Positions 55,974-64,000 of a DNA stretch of 64,000 nt are shown piece by piece; the stretch's first letter is position 1, and the number at the start of each line of letters is the position of its first letter. The notes beneath the pieces are model-generated. The model made no database searches. It had not been told where the DNA came from and saw only the letters and a program-made list of their open reading frames with translations. The stretch comes from Candidatus Nanoarchaeia archaeon (GTDB lineage: Archaea > Nanobdellota > Nanobdellia > Woesearchaeales > JACPBV01), in assembly GCA_028279655.1 (NCBI GenBank), contig JANQNH010000001.1:17484-81483 (forward strand), written 5' to 3'. Both the position numbers and the translations under genes were made by a program.

Positions 55974-57329
55974 TTACCTGCCCATTCCTTTTGGCATCTT
56001 GCCTTGGAACTTCTTCATCAACTTATTGATGTCTCCCTTTCCTTTCATCATCTTCATCATCTTTTTGCTCTGCCGATACTGTTTGATCAGTTCCCGTACT
56101 GTACCTGTTGTTACTCCTGAGCCTTTTGCAATTCTCTCAATTCTTTTGGAGTCCAAAACTTCATCTGGTTTTTCAAGCTCTTCTTGGGTCATTCCCTGCA
56201 TAGCATACTTCCATTTCTTGAGCTTGCCTTCCTGCACCTTTAACATCTCCTTGGGCATCTTCAACTGTCCAAAGCCAGGGATCATCTCTGTTATCTTAGA
56301 AAGAGGACCCATCTTTGACATGGCTTCCATCTGTTCGTATAGATCTATAAGTGTGAAGTCTCCTTTGAGCAACCTTTTACCCAGGTCTTCTGCTTCCTCT
56401 TCTGATATGGCTTCCTTGGCCTTTTCCAGAAGGGCTTCAAGGTCTCCCATACCGAGCAACCTTCCTACAAATCCAGGAGGATTGAACTGCTCTAGGTCAT
56501 CTATCTTCTCTCCTACCCCTATGAATTTAATTGGTGCTTTGGTAACTGCACATGCAGATAAGGCGCCTCCTGCTTTTGCGGTTCCATCCATCTTTGTGGC
56601 TATTACTCCTGTTATATGGCAGGAATCGTGGAACTGCTGGGCCTGCTTCTGGGCTGCCTGACCAATATCTGCGGATATAACCAGAAGATTCTCATTTGTC
56701 TTTATCTCCTTGTTGACCGCCTCTATCTCTTTTATCAGGTCTTTGCTTAAAGCATCTCTTCCTGCAGTATCTATTATAAGAATATCATACTTCTTGTATT
56801 CATCCTTGTACTGGTTCCATATCTTTATAGGATCTTTCTCTACCTTGTTGATGTAGACAGGGACATTGACCTGCTTTGCGATCTGTTCTATCTGGTCCAT
56901 GGCTGCAGGTCGATGGATATCAAGGCCCACTAATGCTACCTTATATCCTCTTTTTGTGAAGAACCTGGCAAGCTTTCCAGTAGTTGTAGTCTTGCCGGAT
57001 CCGAACAGACCTACGAGCATCATCTTGAATGGTTTTTCCTTGATCTCTATCTTGTAGGCTTCTTTGCCTAAGAAATTTACGAGTTCTTCATAGACAATAT
57101 TGATAAGCTGCTCTCTTTTTGTAAGGCCCTTTGCTGGATCTTCCTTTTTTATCCTTTCCTTGATGCTGTTTGTCAGGTCAAAGACCAGCTTTACATTGAC
57201 ATCTGCCTGAAGCAAGGCTCTCTGGATGTCCTTAATCAGTTCGTTGATCAGTTTTTCATCTACGAACATGGACTTTGCTATCTTGCTCAAGGTATCTTTT
57301 AGGCTAGAGCCTAGTTTTTCTAGTACCAT
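55974..57329 (-). CDS. srp54: Signal recognition particle protein SRP54
   Basis: N and G domains LVGLFGSGKTTTTGKLA, DTAGR. Met-rich M domain KKMMKMMKGKG. Confidence 0.9.
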   Translation of the reverse strand: MVLEKLGSSLKDTLSKIAKSMFVDEKLINELIKDIQRALLQADVNVKLVFDLTNSIKERIKKEDPAKGLTKREQLINIVYEELVNFLGKEAYKIEIKEKPFKMMLVGLFGSGKTTTTGKLARFFTKRGYKVALVGLDIHRPAAMDQIEQIAKQVNVPVYINKVEKDPIKIWNQYKDEYKKYDILIIDTAGRDALSKDLIKEIEAVNKEIKTNENLLVISADIGQAAQKQAQQFHDSCHITGVIATKMDGTAKAGGALSACAVTKAPIKFIGVGEKIDDLEQFNPPGFVGRLLGMGDLEALLEKAKEAISEEEAEDLGKRLLKGDFTLIDLYEQMEAMSKMGPLSKITEMIPGFGQLKMPKEMLKVQEGKLKKWKYAMQGMTQEELEKPDEVLDSKRIERIAKGSGVTTGTVRELIKQYRQSKKMMKMMKGKGDINKLMKKFQGKMPKGMGR

Positions 57330-57382
57330 ATTACATACAGAAGAAGACTTTTATTTATAAACTTAATTAAAAAAGAAAGGAT

Positions 57383-58591
57383 TTAGGATGCTTTTGGCTT
57401 TTTTGTTATTACAGCCAATCCTGCAGCAACCAAGCATAGTATGCCAGATGGAATGAAGGCATACATGTAGGAGCCTGTCAAGTCGAATATCTTTCCGCCA
57501 AGTATTGGGCCGAAGATACCGGCTACACCATAGGAGGTGAAAACCCATCCATAGTTGATGCCGATGTTTTTTGTGCCGAAGAAATCAGCTGTTGCTGAAG
57601 GGAACAATGCAAAGTTTCCACCAAAGTTGAATCCTACCCATGCAGAGGCGATCCCTAATGTCAATCCTGATGCACCCATCCTTATCAAGGCAAGCATCAT
57701 TATGCCCTGTAGAATGAACATCAAGGTCATTGCTTTGGTCCTTCCCATCTTATCCGATGCGAAGCCCCAGATTATCCTTCCTGCTCCGTTGAATAAGGCT
57801 AAGATACCTACAGCAGAGCCTGCTACTGCAGCTGGCAATCCGGAATATATCCCAAAAGGCTTTAGGTTTCCTATCACCATAAGTCCTGCTGCTGCACCAA
57901 AGGTGAACATGATCCAAAGGAACCAGAACTGTTTAGTCTTTAGCATGTCATTCCATGCCAGGTCATCTGTCTTTGATGTTTTTGAGGCCTTAACCTCTGC
58001 CTTGAATCCTTTTGGTGTCCAACCTTCTGGTGGGTTAATCATAAGAAATGAACTTGGTATTACTGCCAGTAGGAATATCAGTCCTAGGCTCATGAATGTT
58101 GCTGGAAGGCCTATTGATTCTATCAAAGAGGATGCGAGTTGTGCAAAAATCCATGCTCCTGCTCCAAAGCCAGCTACTGCTAACCCTGTAATAAGTCCCC
58201 TCTTGTCAGGAAACCATTTAACGCAGGCAGCTATAGGGCATACATAGCCAAAGCCTATCCCTGCTCCTCCTATTATCCCTATTGTGAGGATGAGTCCTGG
58301 AAACGAGGATCCGACGAATCTTGCTGCAATATATCCTAGTCCAAGGAGGATGCCTCCTGTGATAGCCACTTTCTTTGGACCTATCTTGTCCTGCAGCCTT
58401 CCTGCAAGGACCATGACGATGGCGAATGTTGCCAATGCGACTGAGAAAATTATCTGAGTCTGTGTTGTAGTATATAGATATGAATCTTTTAATGGTTTTA
58501 CAAATACGCTCCAAGAGTATATGGCTCCCAAGCATAACTGGATTATCAATGCTGCTATTACGACAATCCATCTAAATGTTTCTTTCTTCAT
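57383..58591 (-). CDS. MFS transporter, oxalate/formate-antiporter-like family
   Basis: 12 TM. GAIYSWSVF motif. Confidence 0.7.
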   Translation of the reverse strand: MKKETFRWIVVIAALIIQLCLGAIYSWSVFVKPLKDSYLYTTTQTQIIFSVALATFAIVMVLAGRLQDKIGPKKVAITGGILLGLGYIAARFVGSSFPGLILTIGIIGGAGIGFGYVCPIAACVKWFPDKRGLITGLAVAGFGAGAWIFAQLASSLIESIGLPATFMSLGLIFLLAVIPSSFLMINPPEGWTPKGFKAEVKASKTSKTDDLAWNDMLKTKQFWFLWIMFTFGAAAGLMVIGNLKPFGIYSGLPAAVAGSAVGILALFNGAGRIIWGFASDKMGRTKAMTLMFILQGIMMLALIRMGASGLTLGIASAWVGFNFGGNFALFPSATADFFGTKNIGINYGWVFTSYGVAGIFGPILGGKIFDLTGSYMYAFIPSGILCLVAAGLAVITKKPKAS

Positions 58592-58645
58592 TTTTTATTC
58601 CCCCTATAAGTATATATCCTGAAGATTGAGAGGTTATATATAAAG

Positions 58646-59332
58646 TTAACCAGTAGGCGGCTTAAAGATCATGGAGTATTTTGAGGCTCGTTGGGCAACC
58701 ATATTTGGATTTTCTCCCTCGTATCCTATCTTATTCCGGAAAGCATCGGTTGTGATATCCATCGTATCGATTACACTGCCTGGATTGCAATCCTCGTACA
58801 AAAATCCTCCTGCTCTTGTAAGTGATTGGTCTCTCCTCCATACTAGCATGTTGCCTTTCCGTTCAGCAATTAGAAGTTCTATCTTTGGATTAGGTATTAA
58901 TTGTCCTTCTGTTCCTTTAACAAAATTCTTTAATTCGATTATTAACCTTTCGTACCTTCCTATCCCCATATCATCTGTAAAGTTATTTGTGAATTTTCCT
59001 CTTTCAATATAACAGTGGGCTGCTACATATTCTCTTCTATTAGCGGGCAGCCCTCCTGCTGTGTTTCCGTAAGTGAATGTTGTTCCAGTGTAATGATCAT
59101 CATGGGCAGATGCGTCGCTTGCTAAAGGGGATAATTGGGATTCAAGCTTGTACTTTTTTCTCCTATATTTCTCCTTATGGAGAACAGCTTTCATAGTAGT
59201 TTTTGTAGGCATATCTTGTTTGTCTAAGGGAGATTCTTTGCTGCCTTCCTGGATAATAATTTTCTCTAGACTTTTTTTTATCTTTGAGATATCAAACCAT
59301 TGCTCTTCTTTTTCTTCTCTTTTTGCGTGCAT
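58646..59332 (-). CDS. Hypothetical protein
   Basis: ORF only. Confidence 0.4.
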   Translation of the reverse strand: MHAKREEKEEQWFDISKIKKSLEKIIIQEGSKESPLDKQDMPTKTTMKAVLHKEKYRRKKYKLESQLSPLASDASAHDDHYTGTTFTYGNTAGGLPANRREYVAAHCYIERGKFTNNFTDDMGIGRYERLIIELKNFVKGTEGQLIPNPKIELLIAERKGNMLVWRRDQSLTRAGGFLYEDCNPGSVIDTMDITTDAFRNKIGYEGENPNMVAQRASKYSMIFKPPTG

Positions 59333-59404
59333 ATCTGTTCACCTTACCTATGTAGGAGACTTATAAATCTAGAGAAATTATATATTATTTATAAATTTAA
59401 CCTC

Positions 59405-59959
59405 TTAAGTTGGGCGTGGTATATAAACTCCTGGTTTGTATCCTGTTAATCTTATCAGGTGTTCTTCACATCTAACTCTAAATATGTTTAGTTTTTCCTC
59501 TTTGTCTGGATCAAGTTCTACCCTAAGACAAGCCATAATTGCATCTGCCTCGTATTGGGAAAACCCATCTTTTACAACATCTACAAGATTGTGCATAAGC
59601 CCATCTGCGTCCTTACTGGTCATCCTATAATCGGGATGGTAAAAGATATTCTCTGGGAGAACCCGATTGTTTCTTGCATTCCATGCTTTCATGGCATCAT
59701 GGTTTAGGTCTCCAACCATGTTTTCAAGAGCCAAGCAGATACCTTCTGTTGCTCCGTTTAACAAATATAGTTTTCCATACTCCCTGAATATTGCTCTTTG
59801 GTTGTCTGTTATCCTTTCAGTTCTGTAAGGATCTTCAAGACTGCGGTTTATTCTTAGGGTTACATATGCAGCATGAGCTATCTCTTTGGTCCCTTCCTTA
59901 GGGCCTAACTTATTAGTTACAGCAAGCAACCTGCCGGTTGTTGTTCCTTCAAAAACCAT
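59405..59959 (-). CDS. Hypothetical protein
   Basis: ORF only. Confidence 0.4.
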   Translation of the reverse strand: MVFEGTTTGRLLAVTNKLGPKEGTKEIAHAAYVTLRINRSLEDPYRTERITDNQRAIFREYGKLYLLNGATEGICLALENMVGDLNHDAMKAWNARNNRVLPENIFYHPDYRMTSKDADGLMHNLVDVVKDGFSQYEADAIMACLRVELDPDKEEKLNIFRVRCEEHLIRLTGYKPGVYIPRPT

Positions 59960-60076
59960 TTTAATATCCTTAGAATGATTCTAATATATTATAATACTGG
60001 GTTGCTTTTCTGTTTAAAAAGCTTATCTTTTTTACTGACTATCTATGATTGGTTCATGAAATATCCTTGCTAGGTG

Positions 60077-60439
60077 TTAGACATATCTCTCTGTTACACT
60101 ATTCTTATCTATTTGAGCTAATGCATCACTAGTTAAGAACCATTCTTTTGGGATAACCTCATCCAATTTATCATTACGGAAAATCATTCTTTTAGATTCA
60201 TCTTTTCTATAGAGTGCAGTTAATCCAGTATTGTAACCATTAAATACAAATAGGCTGACCCTGCATTCATTAACTGTGCCCCTCTGTTTGAAGGTCAAAG
60301 GACCATTAGTCCTTAGAGAGATAAATTCGTAGGTATCGCTTTCTTCTCCAGGTCCGTAATCAATGGAGCCCTTTTCAGCATATATCATACCTAAGGAATA
60401 GTCTTCGTCTCTGCAACATGTAGGAACTCTCTGATTCAA
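60077..60439 (-). CDS. Hypothetical protein, ATGA-coupled to the upstream 71-aa gene
   Basis: ORF only. Confidence 0.35.
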   Translation of the reverse strand: MNQRVPTCCRDEDYSLGMIYAEKGSIDYGPGEESDTYEFISLRTNGPLTFKQRGTVNECRVSLFVFNGYNTGLTALYRKDESKRMIFRNDKLDEVIPKEWFLTSDALAQIDKNSVTERYV

Positions 60440-60651
60440 ATAATAGATCCCTCCCTCTGATTTCTGTAGTTTCCCCCCTCTAAGTTTCTTTTTATTAGTT
60501 TTCTAGCACGAGACTTATTTGGTGCATCACTGTAACTATTTATAGTTATACAACTGTCCATCGCCTTATCAACATGTCTGTCTAGGCTAGTTTCTAGTTT
60601 TCTTGGATCAATGAACTGAAATTCAGGTCCTGTAATGCTTTTTTCCAACAT
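60436..60651 (-). CDS. Hypothetical small protein
   Basis: ORF only. Confidence 0.3.
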   Translation of the reverse strand: MLEKSITGPEFQFIDPRKLETSLDRHVDKAMDSCITINSYSDAPNKSRARKLIKRNLEGGNYRNQREGSII

Positions 60652-60756
60652 TTTCTATTTATCCATAATCTGCTAAACGGTATTTCTAACTTAAAAAAAT
60701 TTAGTTAACCCCCTGATCAATTTTTTACTTTGAGAAATGAGAGAAGGTTTATAAAC

Positions 60757-62640
60757 CTATCCTACAAATATCGGCCTTTTGGAAAGCTGTTTTGGAAGAG
60801 GCAGCGGTTTGTATGGTTTGCCTTGCGTTCCTTTTTTTATCTTATCTATAAGCTCTTTTACTGTTGACTCTCCTTGTTTCTTTGTTTCTCTTATTCTTAC
60901 GTTGATGTTTTTAGCTTTTTCTTCTTTTTCTCCTACCACCACAATGAATGGTGCCCAGTCCATCTCTCCTTCCCTTATCTTTTTTCCTACGTGCAACTGC
61001 CTGTCATCAAGATCAGCCCTTATGTTGTTCTGCCTGATCTCATCTGTTACCTTCTCAGCGTATTTTGACTGCTCTTCGGAAACTGGGATTACTCTTACCT
61101 GAGTTGGGGAGAGCCATAATGGCAGCTTTGGAACCTTTCCTGCTTTCTGGTCAAAAGCAGCCTTCTCAAGAAGGGAATACATGACTCTTTCGATAGCCCC
61201 TGATGGGCTGCAGTGAAGTATCAACGGGTGCTTTTGTTTTCCATCCTTGTCTGTAAATTTGATGTCATACCTCTCTCCGTTTTCAATGTCTATCTGATCT
61301 GTGCTTAGTGCAGATGCTTTATCGAGATTATCCACAAAGTTGAACTCATACTTCAGAACGAAGTAGAAGATCCTTTCATCCCACATCTCCAACAGTATGG
61401 GCTTTCCAAGCTTCTTAACAAGGTTTAGGATGAACTCTTTGTTGTCTTTATAGAATTTCTTTGTTGTTCTTAATGCCATCTCCACATCCTGGTTTTCTAT
61501 GCCTGCTCCGTTTATGGTTTTTAGGGATAGGTTAAATCTTACCTTGAATTCTTCCATAGCCTGCTTCATATCGGCAACCAATGCATGGACGTCTGGCATG
61601 GTGAATGCCCTTAGTCTTCTCAATCCTGTCAACTCTCCAGATTGTTCTCTTCTGAAGGAGTATTTTGTAAGCTCGTAGATCTTTAATGGAAGGTTCTTGT
61701 AGCTGATGGTTGCATCGTGGGCCATCAGAAATCCTCCAAAGCATGCTGCAAAACGCAGGAAGAATTTTCTTTTGTCTGATTCTATCTGATACTGCCGTGC
61801 AGGAAATCTTTGGAGATACTTGCTTAAGGTAGGATGGTTCATGTCATACATTATAGGAGTTTCTACTTCTACTCCGCCATAATCAACTACCTTGTCGGTT
61901 ACGTATTCTTCTATCAGCTTCTTTATCAATCTTCCTTTTGGGTAATACCTTAGGTTTCCTCCGTCGGAGGCTGGCTCGTAATCCACAAGCTCTAATTTTT
62001 TCATAAAAGTAACATGAGGGGGTTCGCTCTTTACTGCCCTTGATTTCTCTTTTTCATAGAATGCAAATTTCTTCAGCTTTTCGTGACCCTTGTAGCTGAA
62101 CTTATCAATATCATGAAGCTTTCCGTCTTCTGAAAGGATATGCCAATAGCTCGTAAGCTTTCTCTCTTTCTTAAGGGACTCTGTCTCTTCCTCTTTTGCT
62201 CCTTCTTGTGCTGGCTTTGCCTCTTCTGGTCCGAACTCTCTTGACAGTTCTGCAAGAGGATGACCTTTGCAGCTTACGGTGAATGATTTGTAGTAGCCGA
62301 AAGGAGACCTGTGTACCTTGAATGTTTTCTTCAACTCCTTTTCAGCTATATCCAGGACCTGCAATGCTGTTTTTGGACTGCTAGGCTGGTTTGTAAGATG
62401 GACATAGGGATACAGAACTATGTTTTTTTCCTTTACCTGGGCAGAGATGTCTATGATGTTTTTGATGAGGTTTTTTGAAGCGCTTTGTGGATCTGCCTCG
62501 TCTCGCTTTTCAACTGAGATAAAGACAACCAGACATTCATCTACTCTTTCTTTTTTATTTTTTAGCTCTTCTGGATCCTTAATAGCTTTCTTTTTAGCTT
62601 CGAATTCTATAAAGTCTGAATGTAAAGTTAGTATTTTCAT
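60757..62640 (-). CDS. thrS: Threonyl-tRNA synthetase, archaeal type with N-terminal D-aminoacyl-tRNA-deacylase-like editing domain
   Basis: N-terminus MKILTLHSDFIEFEAKKKA. Class-II core FRREQSGELTGLRRLRAFTMPDVH. Anticodon-binding C-terminus. Confidence 0.9.
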   Translation of the reverse strand: MKILTLHSDFIEFEAKKKAIKDPEELKNKKERVDECLVVFISVEKRDEADPQSASKNLIKNIIDISAQVKEKNIVLYPYVHLTNQPSSPKTALQVLDIAEKELKKTFKVHRSPFGYYKSFTVSCKGHPLAELSREFGPEEAKPAQEGAKEEETESLKKERKLTSYWHILSEDGKLHDIDKFSYKGHEKLKKFAFYEKEKSRAVKSEPPHVTFMKKLELVDYEPASDGGNLRYYPKGRLIKKLIEEYVTDKVVDYGGVEVETPIMYDMNHPTLSKYLQRFPARQYQIESDKRKFFLRFAACFGGFLMAHDATISYKNLPLKIYELTKYSFRREQSGELTGLRRLRAFTMPDVHALVADMKQAMEEFKVRFNLSLKTINGAGIENQDVEMALRTTKKFYKDNKEFILNLVKKLGKPILLEMWDERIFYFVLKYEFNFVDNLDKASALSTDQIDIENGERYDIKFTDKDGKQKHPLILHCSPSGAIERVMYSLLEKAAFDQKAGKVPKLPLWLSPTQVRVIPVSEEQSKYAEKVTDEIRQNNIRADLDDRQLHVGKKIREGEMDWAPFIVVVGEKEEKAKNINVRIRETKKQGESTVKELIDKIKKGTQGKPYKPLPLPKQLSKRPIFVG

Positions 62641-62766
62641 AATAGGGGGAGGTTTTATTAGGCATATATAAAAACTTCGTTTTTATATCTTAAAAATTCT
62701 TTGAATTTATAATTAAATAAAATTGTTGGTTTTAGTGAGTTCATAAGAAATTAGTGCTTAACTATA

Positions 62767-63426
62767 TTATAAATATTTGACAAGGATGTTTCCTTTATTT
62801 GCCTCATAGAATCTTACCGTGTCTAATAGATGTTCTCTATAAGTGTGTCTTAACTTTATACAAAGATCCATATCTTTTTTATGTGCACGCCTTACACTGT
62901 GTACTTGTCTCAAATCTCCGGTGAGTAATCTAGGTGGTGGAAGTTGTTCATCAGAACCTAAAATTGCCTGAAAGATCTCTAGTAAATAGTAATCACCAAA
63001 CGTGAAGGATGACATTGACGGTCTCCCTAATGAAGCATAAGTTCCAATCCTCTTGCTCACACAAACTTTATTATATAATCCGCTCGGATCATAATCTGCA
63101 ATAACTGTATTTGTTCTATTAGTTGGTGATTTAAAACCCATTTTTAGAATTCTTTGTAAATCTGTATAGGATTCACCTGTTGTTTCATTTCTAACTCCGT
63201 GAAGCATAACAGCCGGTGTGATCCTCCAAATATTCTCATTTTTTTCAATAGTAGCAGGGAAATATTTCCTTTTGTCAGTAGTTTGTAGGAAAATGAGTGC
63301 TTTTCTTGACTTAGCTGATTTCTCTATTAGTTGAGATGCAACTCTAGTTTGTTCTTCAATATTCGGAAATAATTCTTCTTGCTCTGTTAAATCTTCTAGA
63401 TTAACTATGAAAGGTTCTTTTATCAT
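62767..63426 (-). CDS. Hypothetical protein in AT-rich segment
   Basis: ORF only. Confidence 0.4.
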   Translation of the reverse strand: MIKEPFIVNLEDLTEQEELFPNIEEQTRVASQLIEKSAKSRKALIFLQTTDKRKYFPATIEKNENIWRITPAVMLHGVRNETTGESYTDLQRILKMGFKSPTNRTNTVIADYDPSGLYNKVCVSKRIGTYASLGRPSMSSFTFGDYYLLEIFQAILGSDEQLPPPRLLTGDLRQVHSVRRAHKKDMDLCIKLRHTYREHLLDTVRFYEANKGNILVKYL

Positions 63427-63602
63427 ATACTAAAATTGGGTATTATTCTGTTTATAAATATTTCCTTTTTGTAACTACTAATAAGTTGTTATAAAATTAA
63501 TAAGCGGTATAAAACCGAAACATCATAATAGAATGAGGTTTTATTTGGCACATATAACATTGTTGGTTTTCGTAAGGTTTAAATATTATATATTATATTT
63601 CT

Positions 63603-63947
63603 ATGTCTATGAAATTGAGAACCCACTTCATTGTTCAAGTGGTGTTATTTTTTTTGCTGCTTATCCTATTGGGAATTGATGAGGCTTTTATCATAGTTTT
63701 TTTCCATTTTATACCTACTATAGATTATATAATGAAACTTACCGGGCTTCATGCAGAGTTGCATAGTAAATTATTCCATAATGTTTTTGTGATTATCCTT
63801 TCTTCATTAATTGTCTTTTATCTTACTGATCCACTTGTAGCTTCTTTAGCTACGCTTAACCTTGTAATGCATATTGTAATGGATTTAAAGGGAAAGGGCA
63901 TCTACATTTTTTATCCTGTTTCTGATTATAGATTGAAGCTTTGGTGA
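63603..63947 (+). CDS. Small membrane protein
   Basis: Three hydrophobic helices. Confidence 0.35.
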   Translation: MSMKLRTHFIVQVVLFFLLLILLGIDEAFIIVFFHFIPTIDYIMKLTGLHAELHSKLFHNVFVIILSSLIVFYLTDPLVASLATLNLVMHIVMDLKGKGIYIFYPVSDYRLKLW

Positions 63948-64000
63948 TTTCTTGGTTGTTGGTTTTGAATTTCAACTGCAATCCTTATTATTAACCTTTT

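Overview
By eye the window is about 35-40% GC with dense, largely operonic coding. Several genes point to an archaeon, probably a small-genome DPANN-like lineage (inference only): a ThrRS with the archaeal N-terminal editing domain, a TrmB regulator, Taw3, a Ski2-like helicase, a CPA2/Kef antiporter and SRP54. Content from left to right:
(1) Two giant adjacent cell-surface proteins, one ending in a dockerin and one starting with a cohesin, plus a third giant surface protein with GLUG repeats at 30.2-33.5 kb.
(2) Housekeeping and accessory genes: Taw3, Nudix, a nucleotidyltransferase-HEPN fusion, a SAM methyltransferase, Nnr split into separate epimerase and dehydratase genes, a CxxCxxCC/YkgJ-family protein, a DUF814 (NFACT-R) protein and an AbrB-like regulator translationally coupled to a Kef antiporter.
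(3) An AT-rich accessory island at about 22.9-30.2 kb with a TrmB regulator, an SGNH hydrolase, two toxin-antitoxin pairs (vapBC lies just upstream of the island), a DUF5678-like protein paired with a retropepsin-like protease, an unknown cytosolic-plus-membrane two-gene cassette, and a zinc-ribbon DDE transposase flanked by GGTACCGAA repeats.
(4) At 45.7-56.0 kb, a compact candidate biosynthetic cluster that I consider the most interesting feature. It encodes an AlaDH/saccharopine-dehydrogenase-family dehydrogenase, a class-I glutamine amidotransferase, a YheCD-type ATP-grasp fused to a GNAT, two tandem D-Ala-D-Ala-ligase-like ATP-grasps, a PP-loop ATPase with a zinc ribbon, an Orn/DAP-type PLP decarboxylase and a KamA-family radical-SAM aminomutase. 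This looks like an uncharacterised pathway for a beta-lysine-derived amide, peptide or opine metabolite.
(5) SRP54, an OFA-type MFS transporter, ThrRS and blocks of unknown genes.
No rRNA, tRNA or CRISPR array was recognised. Several structured non-coding elements are noted: a nested inverted repeat at 13.09-13.21 kb, palindromic operators at 16.66-16.74 kb, and a TTTTGTCGACGG motif shared by two intergenic regions.
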